A stretch of 64,000 nucleotides of DNA. Source: Ranitomeya imitator. Lineage: Eukaryota. Positions 38,301 through 49,623 of the stretch are shown here, piece by piece (within the stretch, counting starts at the first letter, position 1; each line of letters opens with the position of its first letter). Under the pieces are notes generated by a model that had not been told where the DNA came from, did no database searches, and was given only the letters and a program-made list of their open reading frames with translations. The position numbers and the translations under genes are program-made. The DNA is taken from NCBI RefSeq assembly GCF_032444005.1, contig NC_091287.1, forward strand, positions 565,254,001 through 565,318,000, in the 5' to 3' direction.

Positions 38301-41300
38301 CTTCCATTATCAAACCTCGCACCACTTCCATTATCAAACCTCGCACAGCTCCCATTATGAAACCTCGCACACCTTCCATTATGAAACCTCGCACACCTTC
38401 CATTATCAAACCTTGCACCACTCCCATTATCAAACCTTGCACCACTTCCATTATCAAACCTCGCGCCACTCCCATTATGAAACCTCGCACCACTTCCATT
38501 ATGAAACCTCGCACACCTTCCATTATGAAACCTCGCACACCTTCCATTATGAAACCTCGCACACCTTCCATTATCAAACCTTGCACCACTCCCATTATGA
38601 AACCTCGCGCCACTTCCATTATGAAACCTCGCGCCACTCCCATTATGAAACCTCGCGCCACTCCCATTATGAAACCTCGCGCCACTCCCATTATGAAACC
38701 TCGCGCCACTCCCATTATGAAACCTCGCGCCACTCCCATTATGAAACCTCGCGCCACTCCCATTATGGAACCTCGCGCCACTCCCATTATGGAACCTCGC
38801 GCCACTCCCATTATCAAACCTCGCGCCACTCCCATTATCAAACCTCGCGCCACTTTAGCACCTGTAACATCAGGACCGTTCTCAGGTCTGAGCTGTAACC
38901 TACAGAGACTTCTGTCATTACAGAAGTGCAGTGTCAGTGTCCTGTGATAATACAAGTAGGTCAGGGGAAATCTGTAATGAACGTCCCTCGTGTATCTGAT
39001 CATTCTGTGTCGGAGAGCAGCCATGTTTGTCAGGTTTCGCCTATTACTGACCTCCGGGTCCTTCTTCTAGGGTCACACAATCTTCGGCCGGAGAGGATGG
39101 AGCAGACGCCGCACACCTTACACCTGGACTTCAAGTCCTTAAACATAATGCAGAAGCCCCAGGTCCCCGCTGCGCCCCCATCCCCCGCACAGGTAGGTGC
39201 CAGCCTTTACCCCTTCCACCTTCTGTGGACCCCGACTTCAACCATTTACGTGCTTCCAGTCTGTGGGGGGCTGTGAGGAGCCAGTTTGCTTGTCATGGAT
39301 TTGTCATAGACCCCCATGGCTCCCGTCTTAGCCCACCAACAATATTGTTCTGTTTCAGTCACGACATTTGCCAAAAAAAGTGATCACAACACAAATTTTT
39401 ATTTTTTTTCCCCCCGATACTTTTTATGGTAAATTGATCCCTCGACGAGGACAGAAAAACTCCAAATGTTCCGGCTCCTGGAGGAAGAGGATAACATGAA
39501 AGCGTAAAAACAAGCATGGGGCGCAGTATGGTGGGGACAAAGGGGCGTCCGGGCTCCATCATCAGATCCAGGCTGAACGCTCTGACCCACTGTAACGAGC
39601 CCTGCAGCTGTGTTAGTCGGAGTCTGTTGCAGGGGTCTCGGCAGAGCGCCCCCTGCTGTGCTGCCCTCTCTCATGCGCTGTTTTGCCTCCTGCAGCCCGG
39701 CTGGTCATGTCCTCAGTGCACCTTCATCAATAAACCCACCCGCCCCGGCTGTGAGATGTGCAGCGCCGCTCGCCCCACCGACTACGTAGTGCCGGAGGAA
39801 TACAAGCCGGACGAGACGGAGCGGCGGAGGCTGCAGCTGGAGAAGGACAGCTACCAGCAGTACAAGAAGGTAAAGGAGGAGATGCTAGCAAGTGATGTGG
39901 GAAATACAATGCGTATGCAGCTCTGGGGGTGACTGGAGTATTGGAATAGTAAATGCAGCTCTGGGGGTGACTGGAGTATTGGAATAATAAATGCAGCTCT
40001 GGGGGTGACTGGATTGGAATAGTAAATGCAGCTCCAGGGGTGACTGGAGTATTGGAATAGTAAATGCAGCTCCAGGGGTGACTGGAGTATTGGAATAGTA
40101 AATGCAGCTCCAGGGGTGACTGGAGTATTGGAATAGTAAATGCAGCTCCAGGGGTGACTGGAGTATTGGAATAGTAAATGCAGCTCCTTCCTCTTCCTCC
40201 ACAGTGTCAGTTTCCATATAGCCTATATTGTGAGTGTGCAGTCACTTTGTAGCTGGGACATTTCTCCTCCATGTACAAGCACGCTCGGCTGACTGCTGCT
40301 CCTCCATGTACAGTGGGGCAAAAAAGTATTTAGTCAGTCAGCAATAGTGCAAGTTCCACCACTTAAAAAGATGAGAGGCGTCTGTAATTTACATCATAGG
40401 TAGACCTCAACTATGGGAGACAAACTGAGAAAAAAAAATCCAGAAAATCACATTATTTTTTTTTAACATTTTATTTGCATATTATGGTGGAAAATAAGTA
40501 TTTGGTCAGAAACAAAATTTCATCTCAATACTTTGTAATATATCCTTTGTTGGCAATGACAGAGGTCAAACGTTTTCTGTAAGTCTTCACAAGGTTGCCA
40601 CACACTGTTGTTGGTATGTTGGCCCATTCCTCCATGCAGATCTCCTCTAGAGCAGTGATGTTTTTGGCTTTTCGCTTGGCAACACGGACTTTCAACTCCC
40701 TCCAAAGGTTTTCTATAGGGTTGAGATCTGGAGACTGGCTAGGCCACTCCAGGACCTTGAAATGCTTCTTACGAAGCCACTCCTTCGTTGCCCTGGTGGT
40801 GTGCTTTGGATAATTGTCATGTTGAAAGACCCAGCCACGTTTCATCTTCAATGCCCTTGCTGATGGAAGGAGGTTTGCACTCAAAATCTCACGATACATG
40901 GCCCCATTCATTCTTTCATGTACCCGGATCAGTCATCCTGGCCCCTTTGCAGAGAAACAGCCCCAAAGCATGATGTTTCCACCACCATGCTTTACAGTAG
41001 GTATGGTGTTTGATGGATGCAACTCAGTATTCTTTTTCCTCCAAACACGACAAGTTGTGTTTCTACCAAACAGTTCCAGTTTGGTTTCATCAGACCATAG
41101 GACATTCTCCCAAAACTCCTCTGGATCATCCAAATGCTCTCTAGCAAACTTCAGATGGGCCCGGACATGTACTGGCTTAAGCAGTGGGACACGTCTGGCA
41201 CTGCAGGATCTGAGTCCATGGTGGCGTAGTGTGTTACTTATGGTAGGCCTTGTTACATTGGTCCCAGCTCTCTGCAGTTCATTCACTAGGTCCCCCCGCG

Positions 41301-44300
41301 TGGTTCTGGGATTTTTGCTCACCGTTCTTGTGATCATTCTGACCCCACGGGGTGGGATTTTGCGTGGAGTCCCAGATCGAGGGAGATTGTCAGTGGTCTT
41401 GTATGTCTTCCATTTTCTAATTATTGCTCCCACTGTTGATTTCTTCACTCCAAGCTGGTTGGCTATTGCAGATTCAGTCTTCCCAGACTGGTGCAGGGCT
41501 ACAATTTTGTTTCTGGTGTCCTTTGACAGCTCTTTGGTCTTCACCATAGTGGAGTTTGGAGTCAGACTGTTTGAGGGTGTGCACAGGTGTCTTTTTATAC
41601 TGATAACAAGTTTAAACAGGTGCCATTACTACAGGTAATGAGTGGAGGAAAGAGGAGACTCTTAAAGAAGAAGTTACAGGTCTGTGAGAGCCAGAAATCT
41701 TGATTGTTTGTTCCTGACCAAATACTTATTTTCCACCATAATATGCAAATAAAATGATAAAAAAACAGACAATGTGGTTTTCTGGATTTTTTTTCCTCAG
41801 TTTGTCTCCCATAGTTGAGGTCTACCTATGATGTAAATTACAGACGCCTCTCATCTTTTTAAGTGGTGGAACTTGCACTATTGCTGACTGACTAAATACT
41901 TTTTTGCCCCACTGTACATGCATTCTCGGCTGACTGCAGCTTCTCCATGTACATGCATTCTCGGCTGACGGCTGCTCCTCTTCTGTGTACACGCAAGCTT
42001 GTCTGACTGCTGCTCCTCCTCCGTATATATGCACGCTCGGCTGACGGCTGCTCCTGCTCCGTGTATGCACACTCTCGGCTGACTGCTCCTCCGTGCACAC
42101 GGACTCTCGGCTGACTGCTGCTCCTCCGTGTACAAGCACGCTCGGCTAACTGCTGCTCCTCCGTGTACAAGCACGCTCGGCTGACTGCTGCTCCTCCTCC
42201 GTGTACAAGTACGCTCGGCTGACTGCTGCTCCTCCTCCGTGTGCAAGCACGCTCGGCTGACTGCTGCTCCTCCGTGTACAAGCACGCTCGGCTGACTGCT
42301 GCTCCTCCGTGTACGCACACTCTCGGCTTACTGCTGCTCTGTGTACACACACTCTCTGCTGACGGCTGCTTCGTGTACAAGCACTCTTGGCTGACTGCTG
42401 CTCCTCCGTGTACAAGCACGCTCGGCTGACTGCTGCTCCTCCGTGTACAAGCACGCTCGGCTGACTGCTGCTCCTCCGTGTACAAGCACGCTCGGCTGAC
42501 TGCTGCTCCTCCGTGTACAAGCACGCTCGGCTGACTGCTGCTCCTCCGTGTACAAGCACGCTCGGCTGACTGCTGCTCCTCCGTGTGCAAGCACGCTCGG
42601 CTGACTGCTGCTCCTCCGTGTGCAAGCACGCTCGGCTGACTGCTGCTCCCCCGTGTACACGCACTCTCGGCTGACTGCTGCTGCTCTGTGTACAAGCACG
42701 CTCGGCTGACTGCTGCTCTTCCGTGTACACGCACGCTCGGCTGACTGCTGCTCCCCCGTGTACACGCACTCTCGGCTGACTGCTGCTGCTCTGTGTACAA
42801 GCACGCTCGGCTGACTGCTGCTCTTCCGTGTACACGCACGCTCGGCTGACTGCTGCTCCTCCGTGTACAAGCACGCTCGGCTGACTGCTGCTCCTCCGTG
42901 TACAAGCACGCTCGGCTGACTGCTGCTCCTCCGTGTACAAGCACGCTCGGCTGACTGCTGCTCCTCCGTGTGCAAGCACGCTCGGCTGACTGCTGCTCCT
43001 CCGTGTGCAAGCACGCTCGGCTGACTGCTGCTCCCCCGTGTACACGCACTCTCGGCTGACTGCTGCTGCTCTGTGTACAAGCACGCTCGGCTGACTGCTG
43101 CTCTTCCGTGTACACGCACGCTCGGCTGACTGCTGCTCCCCCGTGTACACGCACTCTCGGCTGACTGCTGCTGCTCTGTGTACAAGCACGCTCGGCTGAC
43201 TGCTGCTCTTCCGTGTACACGCACGCTCGGGTGACTGCTGCTCCTCCGTGTACAAGCACGCTCGGCTGACTGCTGCTCCTCTGTGTACAAGCACGCTCGG
43301 CTGACTGCTGCTCCTCCGTGTACAAGCACGCTCGGCTGACTGCTGCTCTTTTGTGTACACGCACGCTCGGCTGACTGCTGCTCCTCCGTGTACAAGCACG
43401 CTCGGCTGACTGCTGCTCCTCCGTGTACACGCACGCTCGGCTGACTGCTGTTTCGTGTACAAGCACGCTCGGCTGACTGCTGCTCCTCCGTGTACACGCA
43501 CGCTCGGCTGACTGCTGCTCCTCCGTGTACAAGCACGCTCGGCTGACTGCTGCTCCTCCGTGTACACGCACGCTCGGCTGACTGCTGTTTCGTGTACAAG
43601 CACGCTCGGCTGACTGCTGCTCCTCCGTGTACAAGCACGCTCGGCTGACTGCTGCTCCTCCGTGTACAAGCACGCTCGGCTGACTGCTTCTCCTCCGTGT
43701 ACACGCACGCTCGGCTGACTGCTGCTCCTCCGTGTACAAGCACGCTCGGCTGACTGCTGCTCCTCCGTGTACAAGCACGCTCGGCTGACTGCTTCTCCTC
43801 CGTGTACACGCACGCTCGGCTGACTGCTGCTCCTCCATGTACAAGCACGCTCGGCTGACTGCTTCTCCTCCGTGTACACGCACGCTCGGCTGACTGCTTC
43901 TCCTCCGTGTACAAGCACGCTCGGCTAACTGCTGCTCCTCCGTGTACACGTATGCTCGGCTGACTGCTGTTTCGTGTACAAGCACGCTCGGCTGACTGCT
44001 GCTCCTCCGTGTACACGCACGCTCGGCTGACTGCTGCTCCTCCGTGTACAAGCACGCTCGGCTGACTGCTGCTCCTCCGTGTACACGCACGCTCGGCTGA
44101 CTGCTGTTTCGTGTACAAGCACGCTCGGCTGACTGCTGCTCCTCCGTGTACAAGCACGCTCGGCTGACTGCTTCTCCTCCGTGTACACGCACGCTCGGCT
44201 GACTGCTGCTCCTCCGTGTACAAGCACGCTCGGCTGACTGCTGCTCTTCTGTGTACACGCACGCTCGGCTGACTGCTTCTCCTCTAGTTCTTCCTGTAAG

Positions 44301-47300
44301 GGTATGTGCACACGTGTTCTGGAGGACTGCGGATTTTTCCTGCGGATTTATCGTGGTTTCTACTGCTGATTCCGCTGTGGCTTTACACCTGCAGTTTTCT
44401 ATTGGAGCAGGCGTAAAACCGCAGCGGAATCCGCACAAAGAATTAACATGCTGCGGAATGTAAACCGCTGCGTTTCCACACGTTTTTTTCCGCAGCATGT
44501 GCGCTGCGGATTTTGTTTCCCATAGGTTAACATGGTACTGTAAACTCATAGGAAACCGCTGCGGATCCGCAGCAAAATCCGCAGCGTGTGCACATACTCT
44601 AAATCCTGCTGTGATGTAATTTTGGGGACGTTTCTGCATTATTAATATCGGGATGTTCAGGATCTCTGCTTGCTGTCGCTGATCTCCAGCAGAGACAGCA
44701 AGCGCAGATCTTGAAATCCATTATTTGCTCGGCTCGGTGCAAGACAAGCTTGCGCTATATACTTGTGTGTGCGCTGAGGCAGGAATACCCCTTTAATAAC
44801 CGAGCAGTGATCCCTTTTATGATAGAAACCTTCTCTTCTTTCTTTCTCCAGGAAAAAGGAAGAAGAGAAGCGGCGCCCCCTTCCCACAAGGCGCCGGCCG
44901 GCGACTCTCTGGACGATTTTACCCTGTTACAGTGACGGTGGGAGCCGCACTGACGTCCAGGCCCGGCATGTTCCTCACCCCTTTAATGGTGACGTCATCT
45001 GTCATGGCCGCCACGAGCGCAGCGCAACCATCAAACGGACTATTAATTAGTGACTTGTTTTTGATTGGATTGATGATCACAAGACCGAGGCGGCGACGGA
45101 GGAAACGCAGCCGGCGCCTGCGGAAGAAGGGCTGCTGTCACCCGCTCCGTCTCTTTATGGGGAATTCCACCCAATAGGCCGATGAGGGGGGATGCGCAGT
45201 CCATCCCCCGCGCTGCATTGACAAGTTTCTGGACGCTCCTGGTGCTGCCGGTAGGATGTCGCCATTTACCCCCAGGGCATGAATGGGCGGCTTTGGTTAG
45301 GTGGAGCCCCCTTTAATGCGCGGTCACGTGTCTTGTGGACAGGATTGGACGCGGTTTTCAGATTTTTTTTTCTTAACCCCTTTTTAGAGGTTGTTGTTAG
45401 TGCGGGGTCAGGGAATGTACGATGGTGGGGTTTGCCGTCAAGTTCTTCACCGCCACATCCCCGACTCCTGCATTATGCTGGCAGCTCAGAGCCCCAATAT
45501 TCAGGTCAAATTTTGAGATGCGTCCTCCAGTCACAACCAAAGCTGCAACTCTTAGAACTACCATCACCTAACGATTATACTCCAGTACCTTCCAGAGCTG
45601 CACCTAAAGAGCCAGCAGAACTGTGAATGCAGCTTGGGATGGGACTAGAGCGTAGGAAGCGATGAAGCCGGCTTCTGCATAATAAGGCTACAGAGGCTGG
45701 AGCTGCGCTGCAGGCTGCCGGACCGCTCACCGGAGTCGCGAGGGTCCACATATCCGCAGCCATATTACTCAGATCGTCCTGGGGTCGGCGTCCTTTATTC
45801 ATCTCACCCGTCAATGCTGTTAACGGGCCACCCGGAAGTTACCAACACTTCTCAATCTGTATGCTCTATACACATCCAGAGCAGCATTCACAGTTCTGCT
45901 GGTCTTCATTGGACACGGACTAATGGAAAGGCTTAGTTTTCTCTGATGTGCTGTCTGAAGTCCCACAATGCAATGCTTCCTGATAGCAGCTCTGGATGTG
46001 ACTGGAGTACAAGATGTAAGGACAGAGTAGTGACTGCAGCTCTGGAGGATAAGACACAATGTAACAGCAGAATAATGATTGCAGCTCTGGAGGATAAGAC
46101 ATGATATAACAGCAGAATAATGACTGCAGCTCTGGAGGATAAGACATTATATAATAGAATAGCAACTGCAGCTCAGGAGGTGACTGGAGGATAAGACATG
46201 ATGTAACAGCAGAATAATGACTGCAGCTCTGGAGGTGACTGGATCACTTTCTGTGCATCACGTGGAGCTTTGGCCTGAGACTCTATGTAATGTGGGGTTT
46301 ACGGGTGGGGTTCCCCTTTTAAAGAAACCCCCCTCCTCCTCCTCCTCATTTATCCTCTTAGTATATTGCACCCATCATATTATACAGCACTGTGCACTCA
46401 CAATTGCTCATTTTCTACCCAGATAATTCTTCTTTTCTTTGCTCTATGTAGAAACAGGAAGTCTCTTGTCCCTGCATTTATCTTTCCCCTCTTCACCTCC
46501 TGACTCGGCTGCTCTCTCCTCCCCCTCCCAGGGATTTTTGCAGGGGCTCATGACTCATACAGGGAAAATTGACCTCCTGTTTCTACATAGAGCTTAGAAG
46601 GATTCAGCTTGTCGGTTATTAATCATGTGATGTCATAAACCTAATAGAAAAGAGACGGATTAGCCGGGTAGAAAGGTAAAACGAGCAATGTGCACACTGC
46701 TGTATAATCTGATGGCTGCACTATAGCAGGAGGATGAATGCTTTGCTGGCAGGAGGAGGAGGAGCAGGAGGGGCTTCTTTTAAGGTTTATGCACTTTATA
46801 GAAGATGTTTCTGTATCCCGGAGTGTGGTGACCCCTCGTCTCTGCAGATGGAGGGCGACTCTCAGGTATTTGGCGCTGGCTACTCAGGTTTTATTTGCAA
46901 CCTCTGCAGCAAGGAATAAAAAGGTTTTTACCGACTGGGCTCTGATTGACTCAATCCAATACTACTGGTACATAGACGTTCCTGCGGTATACGTGCACCG
47001 CGCCCACCATGGAGAAGAGGAGGGATAGTGGATGACACAGTCCTGGGATCGGCCGCTGGGTGTAAGGGCTGATGGGGAATCCAACCAGGGACTGAAGTGT
47101 GAGTGCGTGCGCGCGGTGTGCAACGTGGAGCTGTGCGTGCGTGCGCGCGCGCGCAGTGTGCAACGTGGAGCGTGCGCACATGGTGTGTTGTATTTTGGGG
47201 TCTGTAGTTTCTAATCTTCTCTGTTGCTGTATTATGGCTGTGATGTAGCAGCCTCTTCTTGTAACTGGGTCTACTGTGCTGTAGTACCTCTTTCAGCACC

Positions 47301-48035
47301 CCCCGTGTTTCAGGAGGTCCACTCTGCTTTTGCTGGATTCTGAATGAAAGACGCTGGCTGGAATTCCTTGATTACGTGAGAGCATATAAAAGCTGACTGC
47401 TACCCCACGTATTTCCAGTCTAAAAGAACACACTTTTATTCACAGCACACAGAATATATATCACAGATACACAGGGCAGGCCAATAATAAAAGCAGGCCA
47501 GACATACATTACAATAGCCGCAGGGGGCCGGAGCCTGCTGATATTTACTGTGGGAATTACAAAGGTGGGGGAGGTCAGAAGGAGGATATCTTGTCCCCTC
47601 TGACCAGGGGCGCAGCCTGTCGACTGATGCATTTCACATGGAACCTATTATACATAATATATACTGCATAACATATTCTTGGTGCTGGGGTTCTGTAACA
47701 CTCCTGTACTGCCTTCTCTCCTTTTCTCTCCTCTCCCCTCCTTTTTTTCTCCTCTCACCTTGTGAAGGTTGGTGGGATTTAATGGCAGCTTACAATCATC
47801 CTATATAGGCATGTGTAGCTGTAACAAGACACCTGGCTCTGCAGGTGGTCCTGCCTTTCAGCTGCAATTTCAGAATCTGCACCCCCAATAGCCAGCTAGA
47901 ATTTAGCACATTTGAATAATGCGCTGTGTAGGACCTAGGATCCAGCTGGAAGCCGATGCCCCCCGAGGCCCAGCGTACACATAATCTAACATCTTCCAGT
48001 AATTGACCTGATCCATCTGCTTATATTTTCCTGTA

Positions 48036-48086
<51 letters not shown>

Positions 48087-49592
48087 CACATATACACACA
48101 CTCCAGAATAATTCGGCAAGTTGTACTTTGATCACATGATGCTTTTTATACATGTTGTCCTACTCCAAGCTGTTCAGGCTGAGAGCCAACTACCAATTCA
48201 GTAAATCAGGTGATGTGCATCTCTGTAATGAGGAGGTGTTGTCTAATGACATCACCTATATAAGGTGTGCTTAATTATTAGGCAACTTCCTTTCCTTTGG
48301 CAAAATGGGTCAGAAGAGAGATTTCACGGCTCTGAAAAGCCGGGTCTGACAGGGTCGCAAGAAGCGTGTTGGGCTACAAAGGCGCAAAATAACTGCCCAT
48401 GAATTGAGGAAAATCAAGCGTGAAGCTGCCAAGATCCCATTTGCCACCAGTTTTGCCATATTTCGGAGCTGCAACGTTTCTGGAGTAACAAAAAGCACAA
48501 GGTGTGCGATACTCAGGGACATGGCCAAGGTGAGGAAGGCTGAAAAACGACCACCTGTGAACAAGAAACATAAGATAAAACATCAAGACTGGGCCAAGAA
48601 ATATCTTAAGACTGACTTCTCAAAGGTTTTCTGGACTGATGAAATGAGACTCTTGATGGGTCGGATGGACGGGCCGGAGGCTGGATCAGTAAAGGGCAGA
48701 GAGCTCCACTCCGACTCCGACACCAGCAAGGTGGAGGTGGGACTGGTATGGACTGGGATCATCAAAGATGGACTTCTGGGACCTTTCCGGGTTGAGGATG
48801 GAGTGAAGCTCAACTCCCAGACCTACTGCCAGTTTCTGGAAGACTTCTTCAAGCAGTGGTACAGGAAGAAGTCGGTATCGTTCAAGAAAAACATGATTTC
48901 CATGCAGGACAATGCTCCATCACAGCCTCCGACTACTCCACAGCGTGGCTGGCCAGTAAAGGTCTCAAAGAAGAACAAATAATGACATGGCCCCCTTGTT
49001 CACCTGATCTGAACCCCATGGAGAACCTGTGGTCCCTCATAAAATGTGAGATCTACAGGGAGGGAGAACAGTCCACCTCTCGGAGCAGTGTCTGGAGGCC
49101 GTGGTGGCTGCTGCACCAATGTTGGTCGTAAACAGGTCAAGCAACTGACAGAATCTATGGATGGAGGCTGCTGAGTGTCATCAGAAAGAGAGGGGGCTAT
49201 ATTGGACACTAATTTTTTTGGGGGGGTGTTGTTTTTGCATGTCAGAAATGTTTATTTCTAAATTTTGTGCAGTTATATTGGTTTACCTGGTGAAAATAAA
49301 CCAGTGATCTGGGAATACATTTGGTTTTTATTAAGTTGCCTAATGATTCTGCACAGTAATAGTTACCTGCACAAACAGATATCCTTCTAGGATAGCCAAA
49401 TCTAAACAAAACCACTCCAACTTCCAACAATATTAAGCTTTGATATTTGAGTCTTCTGGGTTGATTGAGAACATAGTTGCTGATCAACAATAAAAATAAT
49501 TCTCTAAAATACAACTTGCCTAATAATTCTGCACACAGTGTGTATGTGTGTGTGTGTGTGTGTATATGTATATATATATGTGTATATATATA

Positions 49593-49623
<31 letters not shown>

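Noticed and set aside
37190-38947. Mucin-like 585-aa PT-rich ORF
   Set aside because: It is the 24-bp array inside a mariner element; no signal peptide or splice support.
41892-44639. 915-aa and other minus-strand ORFs
   Set aside because: 35-bp array plus a MITE.
47012-47043. Perfect Kozak cccaccATGG
   Set aside because: Frame closes after 8 codons (MEKRRDSG*); no supporting splice structure.
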